A stretch of DNA of 64,000 bases from Eledone cirrhosa (Eukaryota). Shown here one piece after another: positions 13,735 through 28,070 of the stretch. Position 1 is the first letter of the stretch, and each line of letters starts with the position of its first letter. Both the position numbers and the translations under genes were made by a program. The notes under the pieces are model-generated. The model ran no database searches and was not told where the DNA came from. It saw only the letters and a program-made list of their open reading frames with translations. The stretch is taken from the NCBI GenBank assembly GCA_964016885.1, contig OZ024758.1, positions 11,346,001 through 11,410,000 of the forward strand. Reading direction: 5' to 3'.

Positions 13735-14125
13735 TGTTGTGAGCTATAGGGTCTTATGTTGTGAACTATAGGGTCTTATGTTGCGAACATAGGGTCTTAT
13801 GTTGCGAACATAGGGTCTTATGCTGCGAACATAGGGTCTTATGCTGTGAACATAAGGTCTTATTTTGTGAACATAGGGTCTTATGTTGTGAACTATAGGG
13901 TCTTATGTTGCGAACATAGGGTCTTATGATGCGAACATAGGGTCTTATGCTGTGAACATAAGGTCTTATTTTGTGAACATAGGGTCTTATGTTGTGAACT
14001 ATAGAGTCTTATGTTGCGAACATAGGGTCATATGTTGCGAACATAGGGTCTTATGCTGTGAACATAAGGTCTTATTTTGTGAACATAGGGTCTTATGTTG
14101 CGAACAAAAGGTCTTATGCTGTGGA
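13735..14125. repeat. 21/22-bp minisatellite (tgttgtgaacatagggtctta)
   Basis: Tandem periodicity. Confidence 0.93.
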
Positions 14126-15299
14126 CGTGGATTGATGGGTTTTCTCTGAGATTTCAGAATAAATAATATAATTATCAAATAAATTATAAAGTAAATAATT
14201 TATTCAGACGTCGAGAAGATTACTTCTGTGAGACAAGAACCGACAGCGCATTTATTTATTAATTTAAGAAATTATATGCAGGCACACGTAGCGAGAGAAT
14301 TGGAAATATAAAACTTGGGTAATATAAATATATTTTCAAAGTCTCTTGTAAAACTAAAGAGTATTGACATAAATTAGAAGCCCCGTGAGGTGGTGTGGCT
14401 GATGTAGCGGGTGTCGCTGGCCGTTCTCCATGGCAATACCTTCACCATTTTGTCGAAGCAGGGCCCAGCTGAGAGATGCCCCTCAGATTGGGGTGTAGAA
14501 AGCACAATTAGAAACACCACGCCAAGAACCAGCGTTATCTTAAACAACAACAAATATGTATATGTATGGTTTGCGATTCTAATGCTTCAACAAAGTACAC
14601 AAGAACCAAAAGATATTTTACATAGAGAGTTTATAAAAGTGACAATCAATCATCCTAGGCGTTTGTCACAATGAATTAGTGACAACCTTCATTAAAACAG
14701 ACTACAGATTAGAAAGAGGTAGAAAAAACGGCATGTATAATATCGTTTAGATTATTTTCTGTTTTATATACTAATGGCAAACCAAATTGCTAATTGTCTG
14801 CTGATAAATACAGGCAAGAATCTAATTAAAAAGCCCTTACCATAGATTTAACTTAAGAACTAATATTTCAAAATCGAATTACAAATTAATGTAGACTTCC
14901 TAAAATACTCACAAATGCTACGAAGTTCATCAATAAAATAGTAGTTTTTACTTGACGTAAGGGACAGAAAGTTCTTCAATAAAACTGTAATTTTTACTTG
15001 AGGTAAGGGGCGGAATAATTAACATAAAATTTAGCTGTTAAATATTTAATGTACAATTCACATCTCAGAGAGAAATATATTATGTTGTCTATGCCTTCTA
15101 TGTAAAGGTCTTTCAAAACCTAATATTTAGTTGTTACTCTGTAACAATGAAGTCATTGAGTGTTGACTGATATGGATATCTTCTGATGACAGATGATAAC
15201 CCAGAAGCACACGTCTGACGTTCTAACACGGCTACTAGGATAGTAGTTTATGTATAAGTCTCAAAACGAGACTTATACATAAACATATCGTGTATGTTT

Positions 15300-15380
<81 letters not shown>

Positions 15381-16299
15381 ATAGAAGGAGGATTGTTAGA
15401 GGTGTCTTGGTGTAATTTGAACTCATAAGTTTTAAAGTGAGACGCTGCTAAGCACCACAAAACATTTTATCGCCTACCTCTCTAGCAGTCCTTAATTTCA
15501 ACATCGACATAATATTTATTATAAAAACAACCTATAAAAAGTCATCATATTTCCTCAGATTGCATGAAGTAAAGTTCATTAATCTGATGTGTATAAAACA
15601 TTTTCTGTTAAACTAAGATCAAAGTTAACCTCATACAAAAATCGTGAATATGTTTTCTAATATATTACACTATATGTTGTGTTTTAACAATGAAGAATAA
15701 TTCAATCGCCACAGAATTTTAATATATACAATGCATGGATTTAAAGTAATTACTATTTCATAGTAGCAATAGTAGCCTGTTTAATAGCTTTCGCTTGCAT
15801 TCTCACGAACAACTTAAATATAGATTAAGTTAACACAAAACAAAATGCTTCGTTTAACTATTAAAAAATACTATATAAACTCATATTTTAACTGATAAAA
15901 TATGTATAATGTATGGCAAAGTTAATAATATAATACTTTACTTTATATTCAGTCAAAATACAATTCTTATTTATAATGGTTCAGATTTAGACACAGGGAA
16001 GGCCAATAATTTTAGAGGAACGGAAAGTCGATTAAATCAACTCCAGTATATTACTGGTACTTTATATGTCTGTACATCATTAGCAACAATAGGTTTATAA
16101 GAATGTTTCACACTAACATCTTGTATTTGTTAGGTATCATTATCAACAGCAACAACTAAACACTAACGATGAGGTGTTTCAAGTCATTTTAAAACCTGGC
16201 GGAGCTTATCTCCTCTCTAAGTCTGAATACAGCAGAGTTCTTCCAGAGAATGGTAGAGAGAGAGTGATAGAAAGGAAGTGAGAAAGAGATATAGAAGAA

Positions 16300-16458
16300 G
16301 AATCGATCCTCAGTATTAAACTGGTACTTTTTTTATTGACCTTGAATGGATGAAAGGCAAAGTTGACCTCGGCAGGATTTGAACTCAGAGAACAGAGAAC
16401 TGGAACTAATACACCAAGAATTCTATTGGACGATCCAAAGACTGTACCAATTCGCCGC
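16300..16458 (-). mobile_element. tRNA-derived SINE, diverged
   Basis: ctggtactt...gatgaaaggcaaagttgacctcggcaggatttgaactcag...ccaattcgccgc. Confidence 0.72.
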
Positions 16459-16611
16459 GATGTGATATCTTAGAATAAAGAATGAAAGAAAAACAATTAA
16501 GGTAATCGATATCTTTATGTTATAGGTGAATTATTGGAATGGTTATAAGTTAAACAACTTTTTCAGTAAATAATGTAGCATATTGGTTTGACAGATAAAT
16601 TCATATAACAC

Positions 16612-16673
<62 letters not shown>

Positions 16674-17137
16674 GTATGTATATATAGATAGATTTAAAAT
16701 ATATGGACTCTTTGTATGGTAATGTAGTCTCTGGACTATTTGTATGATAATTATTACCAAGTCATAAAACAATATATATAGGATATAAAAGACCATTTTC
16801 TTAAAATAATTCAGGGATTTAATATCGATATATAATATATGAAAGTTACTTCAAATGTTTGCCATGAACAACATAAACCATAAGTTGCATTAGGACAATA
16901 AATGATGGACATTTCAAACATTGTTAGAATTTGACGATGACTTTATTTTCAGTTCTTTCTAAAGTACAAATCCAATATTGGTATCGATTTTGTTGGCATT
17001 TTCAGTCTCTTCTCTCTCTCTCGAAGAAATTGGCTGTGATCAAGAGGAGTTCGATTGTCATCAACGATGTGCCCTAATATTCAATAAAGATTTGAGGGTC
17101 CAAAAAGAAAGAAGAAGACACATATATATATATATAT

Positions 17138-17332
17138 AACGAAGGAAATGTAGTAAGGAACCATATGGACCATAACGCACCAAAGTACTCAATACTTAGG
17201 GTAGTAGAGTGGGTAATAGGAACGAGTAGGACCCCGACGGCTGAGCTCAAGCCGTTTCGACGGCTAATTCTGAGTCCAGAATTAGCCGTCGAAACGGCTT
17301 GAGCTCAGCCGTCGGGGTCCTACTCGTTCCTA
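17138..17332 (-). mobile_element. family A fold-back element in (TA)n
   Basis: Unique tail plus near-perfect palindrome 17217-17332. Confidence 0.8.
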
Positions 17333-17349
17333 TATATATATATATATAT

Positions 17350-17528
17350 GAGTCCCGGGTTCAATCGAGCGTAACCACAGTAAGTAAAGTACTCAATACA
17401 TTAGTAGAGTTTAAACAACAAATTTTAATATAGAAATGGCTTCTACAAGACTAGAACTATTTCATTCAAAAGAAATCAGAAGGGTCTTCCTGATGATTTC
17501 TTTGGAATGAAACAGTTTTAGTCCTGTA
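17350..17528 (-). mobile_element. family C fold-back element
   Basis: Homologous in reverse to 26978-27163; the inverted arm carries CTGATGA...GAAACAG...CTGTA. Confidence 0.65.
17486..17528 (+). ncRNA. hammerhead ribozyme-like motif (family C; 3' strand of stem I missing in this arm)
   Basis: cttc-CTGATGA-tttc tttg gaat-GAAACAG ttttagtc CTGTA. Stem III is ACAG/CTGT with a GUA triplet. Stem II is weak (T.T at its base). The opposite arm shows that GAAG normally follows GTA. Confidence 0.5.
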
Positions 17529-18200
17529 ATATGTTTAGTCCTGCAATGTGTTTAGTTCAGAAATATTTATCTTTCAGTATAAAATATGTTTAGATTGTTA
17601 ATATATTTGTAATGTGTTTAGACCTGCAATGTGTTTAGTCCTGCAATGTGTTTAGTCCTACAATGTGTTTAGTCCCACAATGTGTATAGTCCTACAATGT
17701 GTTTAGACCTGCAATGTGTTTAGTCCCACAATGTGTATAGTCCTACAATGTGTTTAGACCTGCAATGTGTTTAGTCCTACAATGTGTTTAGACCTGCAAT
17801 GTGTTTAGTCCTACAATGTGTTTAGTCCTGCAATGTGTTTAGACCTGCAATGTGTTTAGTCCTGCAATGAGTTTAACCCTACAATATGTTTAGTCCTACA
17901 ATGTGTTTAGACCTGCAATGTGTTTAGACCTGCAATGTGTTTAGTCCTGCAATGAGTTTAACCCTACAATATGTTTAGTCCTGCAATGAGTTTAGTCCTG
18001 CAATGTGTTTAGACCTGCAATGAGTTTAACCCTACAATATGTTTAGTCCTACAATGTGTTTAGACCTGCAATGAGTTTAACCCTACAATATGTTTAGTCC
18101 TACAATGTGTTTAGACCTGCAATGTGTTTAGTCCTACAATGTGTTTAGTCCTGCAATGAGTTTAACCCTACAATATGTTTAGTGTTACAATGTGTTTAGT
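17517..18200. repeat. 17-bp minisatellite (gtttagtcctgcaatgt)
   Basis: Tandem periodicity; the unit overlaps the end of the family C element. Confidence 0.93.
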
Positions 18201-18676
18201 TCTCTTTCTTCCACCAAAGAACATTAAAATTGTAATCGAAACAGTTTTTTGTTTTTATTTTCTGTAAACATTTCTCTGTTTGGATCACAATTTGTTTTTT
18301 AATTGAACAAAATAAATTAGACTGGAATTGAAACCAATTCTGTCTGTCATATTCACAATATCTTCTATTGATCAATAGTTATTAATATCTTCTATTTATG
18401 GAGATTTACCTTATATAACTCCAGATGTTCTGTATTTTTATTGATTTACTTATTTCAGTATCAAACATTCTCTTTCTGTATATTTAACAGTCCTCAATTA
18501 TTACATCTCTCTCCCACATTCCCTTTGTCTACTTATACATACAACTCATAGAGCTTCTTAAATAAACTAAGTGGTAAGAAACTCCCAGGAGATTTGGACA
18601 CAGCGGAAGGTCTTCAGAGAAGAAACCCCGCTCAAGCCAGTGTATATATAAATCCAGTATATATATATATATATAT

Positions 18677-18998
18677 TTCGTTTCTGAATTTGTTTAGCAA
18701 GATTCTTTATCTGAAATCGTGTGTTGAAATCGATATTGTTATACTTTGGGAGGGTCAAAATGGCGTAGGACAGAACAAAGGAGCGGCACAGAAACAAAGA
18801 AAGGAATCCCCAGTCACTGAAGAGGTCACAGAGTGTGTGACGAAAGAACTATGACTATATATAAACAACTATCTGGTTGTGGAACCAACCAACCAACCAG
18901 AAATTTATAAATTTGTAAATTTATAAATATATAATAAATTGAAGTGAAAGCAACTGGTGCGTGTGTTTCTTATTGGCAACATGACCCTCCCAAAGTAT

Positions 18999-19004
<6 letters not shown>
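18677..19004 (+). mobile_element. family F element in (TA)n with hammerhead motif and inverted 3' segment
   Basis: Near-identical reverse copy at 58098-58406; 24-bp internal inverted repeat tattgttatactttgggagggtca/tgaccctcccaaagtataacaata. Confidence 0.75.
18812..18856 (+). ncRNA. minimal type I hammerhead ribozyme (family F)
   Basis: AGTCA-CTGAAGA-G GTCACA gagtg TGTGAC-GAAA GAAC TA|TGACT. Stem I is 5 bp, the core is intact, stem II is 6 bp, stem III is vestigial and the triplet is CUA. Confidence 0.75.
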
Positions 19005-19057
<53 letters not shown>

Positions 19058-19069
19058 CATAATGATAAT

Positions 19070-19143
19070 AGTGATAAGAAACTCCCAGGAGAGCTGGATA
19101 CAGCAGGAGGTCTTCAGAGAAGAAACCCCGCCCCCTCAAGTTA

Positions 19144-19180
<37 letters not shown>

Positions 19181-19528
19181 CACAGTGATAAGAAACTCCC
19201 AGGAGAGCTGGGGACAGCAGGAGATCTTCAGAGAAGAAACTCCGCTCAAGCGAATATATATATACTGGGTTGGTAAGAAACTCATAGGAGAGCTGGACAG
19301 CAGAAGGTCTTCAGAGAAGAAACTCCGCTCAAGCGAATATATATATATATATATATATATACTGGCTTGGTAAGAAACTCCTAGGAGAGCTGGACAGCAG
19401 AAGGTCTTCAGAGAAGAAACTCCGCTCAAGCCAGTATATATATATATATATATATACTGGCTTGGTAAGAAACTCCTAGGAGAGCTGGACAGTAGAAGGT
19501 CTTCAGAGAAGAAACTCCGCTCAAGCCA

Positions 19529-19560
<32 letters not shown>

Positions 19561-19631
19561 TGGCTTGGTAAGAATCTCCTAGGAGAGCTGGACAGCAGAA
19601 GGTCTTCAGAGAAGAAACTCCGCTCAAGCCA

Positions 19632-19683
<52 letters not shown>

Positions 19684-19845
19684 TGGCTTGGTAAGAAACT
19701 CCTAGGAGAGCTGGACAGCAGAAGGTCTTCAGAGAAGAAACTCCGCTCAAGTCAGTATATATATATATATATACTGGCTTGGTAAGAAACTCCTAGGAGA
19801 GCTGGACAGCAGAAGGTCTTCAGAGAAGAAACTCCGCTCAAGCCA

Positions 19846-19883
<38 letters not shown>

Positions 19884-20342
19884 TGGCTTGGTACGAATCT
19901 CCTAGGAGAGTTGGACAGCAGAAGGTCTTCAGAGAAGAAACTCCGCTCAAGTCAGTATATATATATATATATATATATACTGGCTTGGTAAGAATCTCCT
20001 AGGAGAGCTGGACAGCAGAAGGTCTTCAGAGAAGAAACTCCGCTCAAGCGAATATATATATATATATATACTGGCTTGGTAAGAAACTACTAGGAGAGCT
20101 GGACAGCAGAAGGTCTTCAGAGAAGAAACTCCGCTCAAGCCAGTATATATATATATATATATATATATATACTGGCTTGGTAAGAAACTCCTAGGAGAGC
20201 TGGACAGCAGAAGGTCTTCAGAGAAGAAACTCCGCTCAAGCCAGTATATATATATATATATATATATATATACTGGCTTGGTAAGAAACTCCTAGGAGAG
20301 CTGGACAGCAGAAGGTCTTCAGAGAAGAAACTCCGCTCAAGC

Positions 20343-20345
<3 letters not shown>
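19070..20345. repeat. tandem array of 13 units of about 75 bp separated by variable (TA)n; one further unit at 18570-18655
   Basis: Unit tactggcttggtaagaaactcctaggagagctggacagcagaaggtcttcagagaagaaactccgctcaagccagta, with 10-bp inverted ends. Confidence 0.93.
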
Positions 20346-20388
<43 letters not shown>

Positions 20389-22021
20389 TTAATCACTTAA
20401 TTAACAAAGAAAATAGATCACAAAAGTTAGGTTCAAGTATACCAACTAGTTTTACGTCTGAAATATCTCTCGCTAAACTGGATATAGAATAAGCCACATT
20501 TGAGCTTTAGATAAATATCTCAACACCTTACTGCAGTATTGTCAACTTATTGAATTAACTGTAATACGAATATATATACGGACACACGCACACTCACTGA
20601 CTCAAACACACTCTCTCTCAATCGCGCACACACACACACATATTATATATATTATATATTCTGAAATATATATATAAGTATATACTAGTTTGTCTGCCAG
20701 TGTTTAAGATAATATATATTTACTTGCTATAATTTTGCATTAGTGGAATATGTATAGGATGATTTTTTATGGCAAATCATACAAAAATGATGGATGAATG
20801 CCGGGTGTTAGTTCAATGACGTCATTATATATGCCTCTGACGTCAGAGTATTGGATCTTTTATGGTGAATAATGATTCCAGGATAAACAGACTATATAGA
20901 CTCTGTTCTTTTAAATTATATAGTACCTTATTCCAGGCTACCTTCAAAATTATGTCTAAACGTGTTGCATTAAAGATTAAATTGAATGTGTAGTAAATAT
21001 ATATATATGTTTTGAAGATGCATACATATATATAGGAGTATACAGACTCTCTTCTCTCTGCACCCCCCCCCCACACACAAATATATATATATATATACAC
21101 AAAGTGTAAACAACGTTGTGTAATCCTTTTTAACGATCAACATATATAATTTATATACCCACCTGTGTTGTCAACATATATATAATTTATATATAGGTAA
21201 ACATATATAGGTAAATATAAAGATGAACAGAAATATCTACAATAACAACAATAACAACAATAACAACAATATTTCGACATACTTTAAACTAAGTTATAAT
21301 ATATGACATATGGAAATATTGATGGTAAAATATTTATTAGTTAGTACTATAGAATAAGATGTCTGCCAGGATTCCAGGAATGAAATAAACTGTTTCTAAA
21401 TAATCGATTTTTAAAGTAGAACGCAGAAATTGCAAGGAACACCTAAAATGTATCAAAGAGCAATTTTAAATTTGTGCAGGCGTGGATTCCAACTGAAACC
21501 ATTTGAATGTCTTGAAATAAAACCTAATGAATTAACTGAAAAATTTACCACAGACAGACACTCTCGTGATAATAGTTTCCGAAGAAAATATGAAAAAAAA
21601 AAAAAAAAAAATATGTGTAAAGCTTTAGAAAGACTGGAGAGAAAACATTCTTTTCATATATTAATTGGAAATGATAATGTTTTGTATAAAAAGTTAACCG
21701 ATTAAAAGATCCAATTTTCAGAGACAATGTTAATACTTTTAGCAGATTCAACCGAATATTATAACATCAATCGTTTTACTGTGAACTTTGTAAATTACTT
21801 AATTATCTTAGGTGTCATAAAACACACTCATCCCATTTTACCTCATTTCGCCCTTTTTTGGGGGCACTTTTTGTCATGGTACAGAAGTAGGCATATCTGT
21901 TGATTCGATTAATTCCTCTTCTCCACAGAAATAACAATAATTTGAAACCAAACTAACACCATGGAGGCTCATCATTCTTTCCTCCGACTCTTGCAATGTC
22001 TATTTATGTGACGTGTTTCGT

Positions 22022-22252
22022 TTTTAGAAGACATAACCCAACGATTTTAGAAGACATAACCCAACGATTTTAGAAGACATAACCCAACGATTTTAGAAGA
22101 CATAACCCAACGATTTTAGAAGACATAACCCAACGATTTTAGAAGACATAACCCAACGATTTTAGAAGACATAACCCAACGATTTTAGAAGACATAACCC
22201 AACGATTTTAGAAGACATAACCCAACGATTTTAGAAGACATAACCCAAAGAT
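22022..22252. repeat. 23-bp minisatellite (ttttagaagacataacccaacga), 10 units
   Basis: Near-perfect tandem copies. Confidence 0.95.
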
Positions 22253-22689
22253 TTAATTAATCATTTAATTATTTTTTTGGTTGGATTTGAAAGTAAAATT
22301 CTAAATTGATTTATGGTTTAACAAACGTTACACCAATCTATCCTTAACAAATAGATTTCTAATTTAATACTTAATTTCTAGAAATACATAGAGTAGTAGT
22401 TATACAACATTTCATAGGTAGAACCAGCGTTTCTGACAGGAATAAATTTCATGAAAAAATAATAAACTGGAATACAATAAAATTTCACATAGGTTTAACT
22501 GTATCTCGCAATAATTCTATATTCGTCTATAGAATTCTATAGAGAATATTTCTATTTCTTTATTCCAATTAGCAGATAACACTTGTTCTTTTCATAGGAA
22601 GTGATGTGTTGAGGGAAAGCAAAAGGCTACAGATTCAAACCAAAATAATACTACCAATGGTTTCCCATTAATCTTTATTAATTAATTAC

Positions 22690-23228
22690 TATGTAAACAT
22701 AAAACTTATGATTATATTCAGTACAATATAATCCAAATTCCCAACAGCATATAAAATCTGTGGAGAATGTTGTAAGTAATAAGAAGAAACAATTATAATA
22801 ATATAAATACACAGAGATATCCACGGTAAGTTGTGGGGTCTGTTCTGCATGAAGAACTCAATGTAATCCATATGTTGAAAATGTTGTAGGTTAAGATAAA
22901 TCCCGGAAAACAATAAAACATTAAAAGGAAAACAGAGTCATGATATAAGTTAAAACAATGAAATAAAAAATCAAGTCATTAGAGATATACTTCACTGCTT
23001 TACGATCGTTTCTAGGTGATGATAATACATTGTAGCTATACTTCGTTATTGATCTATATAAGGTTAGTTACAAAATATCAGATAAAGAGAATATATATAT
23101 GTATATATATATATATATAACACCAATCAAACCCCTTTTATAGCTCTGACGAATCCTACGGTTACGTAAGGAAGAAACATTGTAAACCAATAAAAATCTT
23201 TTGATGTTGTAGACGCTCTTGTGTTCTT

Positions 23229-23306
<78 letters not shown>

Positions 23307-23386
23307 TTGAGCCTTACTATCATTGCTGTTTGATATCAAGTAAGCCAATAAAAATCTTTTGATGTTGTAGACGCTCTTGTGTTCTT

Positions 23387-23426
<40 letters not shown>

Positions 23427-23690
23427 TTGAGCCTTACTATCATTGCTGTTTGATATCAAGTATCATATTAAAATAACAGAAGTTATAACAGACATATTGT
23501 TATCTCCAAGAACTATTTCCGTTGTATATGACTCCATATATTTACATAAACAGTTGTCTAAGTCAACGTTTGTAATTGACGTTGATGGAAAATTAGATAT
23601 TGGTTTGTGAATCTCATTATATCCTCCATGTGCTATTGTTAATGGTAGCAGAAGAGGCGGCGGTGCCAATACTTTGCTAATTGCCCATTC
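22690..23690 (-). pseudogene. possible highly degenerate LINE (APE endonuclease region) relic
   Basis: Ordered motif resemblances: HGG...IHKP...LDNCL...IVLGDNNM (cf. IVLGDFN), KNTRASTTSK (cf. PTRxTxTS) and RPHNLPWIS (cf. the PWIT linker). Interrupted by (TA)n and a local duplication. Confidence 0.4.
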
Positions 23691-23709
23691 AATCGTACTT
23701 TTCCTATTT

Positions 23710-25169
<1,460 letters not shown>

Positions 25170-25492
25170 AAGTACCAGTAATGTACTAGGTAATTGCTGG
25201 CCTTGTGCCAAATGTAGAAATAATTATTAAGATTCCTTTTTCCACATGGCTTAAAGTCATACCCGGGTAGAAACTAGGATCTCTCCATCACGTTATATCA
25301 CCTTAGACAGTATGTATGTCCTTGTCACAAGATGCTGGTCATTCAAACGTTATAGTTTTCCACACCACCTAATTCATATTTCTTATTCACGAAGAGTTAT
25401 TTCAGTAGTTAAGATGGCTGTTACGTAAATTTCATTTCAGTTTGTCAATGTTTCGATTCACTCTTTTGATAATTGGGTGACATATATAATAC

Positions 25493-25869
25493 TTGTTTCT
25501 ATTTTAGGCACAAGGCCAGCAATTACCAAGTACATTACTCGTACTTTATTTTATCGACCCCCGTAAGGATAAAAGGCAAAGTTAACCTCGACGGGATTTG
25601 AACTAAAACCGTAAAGGAACGTAACTATGCTAGAAAGCATGGCGTCCGACCCTCTACCGATACTGCCAATTCACTTGAATAATTGTTTCTATTTTAGGCA
25701 CAAGGCCAGCAATTATCCAGTGCATTACTGGTACTTTATTTTATCGACCCCGTAAGGATAAAAGGCAAAGTTAACCTCGACGGGATTTGAACTCAGACCG
25801 AAAAGGGACGTAACTATGCTAGAAAACATGGCGTCCAACCCTCTACCGATACTGCCAATTCACCGCCCT
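25493..25869 (-). mobile_element. two tandem tRNA-derived SINE copies
   Basis: Reverse complement of the family consensus twice; cacttgaataat occurs between the copies and again at the head-side flank. Confidence 0.88.
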
Positions 25870-26140
25870 TCAACCCCACTTGAATAATGATGATTGATTA
25901 TCGACACAGACAGCAATTAAATTAAATTTTACATATTCGTCCCAATATTTTTGGAGTCCAAATAATTTTGGGTGTCTTGTTATTACTGGAAGTTTCCAGC
26001 AGAGACCAGCATATCTTTTATTACTGCTATTTTTGTATTTTTGAGTATAAAAATAATTGTTAAATTCTTGTTAATTTTTCTTAGCCATACCTCACCTAAC
26101 AGTCCAATTTGCATTGTTCTGTCTTCTATCTATTTCCACG

Positions 26141-26186
<46 letters not shown>

Positions 26187-26502
26187 GAATGGATTTCTTT
26201 CAAGTTTTATTTTCGCTAGAGATATTCATTAATGTTGACAGGTGCAATTTAAATTTAATATCGCTACGTTTGATAAAAGCATGAAAGTTGCACAATTTTT
26301 CCTTCCTTAATCTCTCCCTTAACAAAAGTTGCACCATCTTTCATGGCTTAATCTTCTCCGAAATGGAAGCCCTTAACCCAACCCCACACAATACCAGGGT
26401 TTTCATCTCTGTGAAGAATTAATGAAAGGGCAAAAAATACAAACATCATATTGGAAAAAGCAATCAGGAGAAAATTCTCTGGCCCTTTGTCAAGGTCACG
26501 TC

Positions 26503-26580
<78 letters not shown>

Positions 26581-26724
26581 ATATTTACACACATATATAT
26601 ATATATGTGTGTGTGTAAATATATATATATGTAAATATATATTTACATATATATATATATATATTTACATATATATGTATATAAAGATATATGTATATAA
26701 ATATATAAATGTATATATATATTT

Positions 26725-26797
<73 letters not shown>

Positions 26798-26934
26798 CAC
26801 ACATATATATATATATGTGTGTGTGTAAATATATATATATGTAAATATATATTTACATATATATATATATATATTTACATATATATGTATATAAAGATAT
26901 ATGTATATAAATATATAAATGTATATATATATTT

Positions 26935-26977
<43 letters not shown>

Positions 26978-26982
<5 letters not shown>

Positions 26983-27163
26983 TTAATATAGAAGAGATTC
27001 TACAGGACTAGAACTGTTTCATTCATTAGAAATCATCAATGATTTCTAATGAATGAAACAGTTCTAGTCCTGTAGAATCTCTTCTATATTAAAACTATTA
27101 TACTCTGCTATGTATTGAGTACCTTACTTACTGTGGTTACCTCCGATTCAACCCGGAATAACG
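26978..27163 (+). mobile_element. family C fold-back element in (TA)n (perfect 120-bp palindrome plus tail)
   Basis: 59-bp arms around a 2-nt centre at 26978-27097. The centre falls inside the (c)TGATGA hammerhead core. Confidence 0.75.
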
Positions 27164-27233
27164 TATATATATATATATATATATATAATACAGAATTTGC
27201 TTCAATCAATCCCGTTTGGAGCTGTATAAATTC

Positions 27234-27265
<32 letters not shown>

Positions 27266-27289
27266 GGAAAGAGAGAGAGGCAGAGAATA

Positions 27290-27902
27290 TGTGTGTATGT
27301 GTACGTGCGTGCTTGCGTTCGTGCGTGCGTGTGTGTGTGTGTGTATGAATGTGTGTGTGTGTGTGTGTTTGTGAATGTATCTGTGTGTGTGAGTGTGAAT
27401 GTGTGAATGTGTGAATGTGTGTGTGTGAATGTGTGTGTGTGTCTGTCTGTGAATGTGTGAATGTGTGTGTGTGTGTGTGTTTGTGAATGTGTGTGTGTGT
27501 GAGTGTGAATGTGTGAATGTGTGTGTGTGTGTGTGTGTGTGAGTGTGAATGTGTGAATGTGTGTGTGTGTGTGTGTGTGTTTGTGAATGTGTGTGTGTGT
27601 GTGAGTGTGTTTGTGAATGTGTGTGTGTGTGTGAGTGTGAATGTGTGAATGTGTGTGTGTTTGTGAATGTATCTGTGTGTGTGAGTGTGAATGTGTGAAT
27701 GTGTGTGTGTTTGTGAATGTATCTGTGTGTGAGTGTGAATGTGTGAATGTGTGTGTGTGTGTGTGTAAATGTGTGTGTGTTTGTGTGTGTGTGTGTGTTT
27801 GTGAATGTGTGTGAGTGTGAGTGTGAATGTGTGAATGTGTGTGTGTTTGTGAATGTATCTGTGTGTGAGTGTGAATGTGTGAATGTGTGTGTGTGTGTGT
27901 AA

Positions 27903-27937
<35 letters not shown>

Positions 27938-28070
27938 TGAATGTGAGTGTGAGTGTGAGTGAATGTGTGAATGTGTGTGTGTTTGTGAATGTATCTGTGT
28001 GTGAGTGTGAATGTGTGAATGTGTGTGTGTGTGTGTAAATGTGTGTGTGTGTGTGTGTGTGTGTATGTGA
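27290..28070. repeat. (TG)n/GTGAAT compound microsatellite
   Basis: Seen directly. Confidence 0.9.

Noticed and set aside
17217-17332. Rho-independent terminator, pre-miRNA or classical MITE reading of the family A hairpins
   Set aside because: Multi-copy, asymmetric (one-sided tail) and variable at the centre; the inverted repeats are not at both element ends as MITE TIRs would be.
19070-20345. CRISPR-like constant repeat with variable spacers
   Set aside because: Spacers are only (TA)n of differing length, the repeats are 75 bp, the context is eukaryotic and there are no cas genes.
21430-21705. 91-aa ORF in non-repetitive sequence
   Set aside because: Non-ATG start, internal poly-A run, and no recognisable motif or splice pattern.
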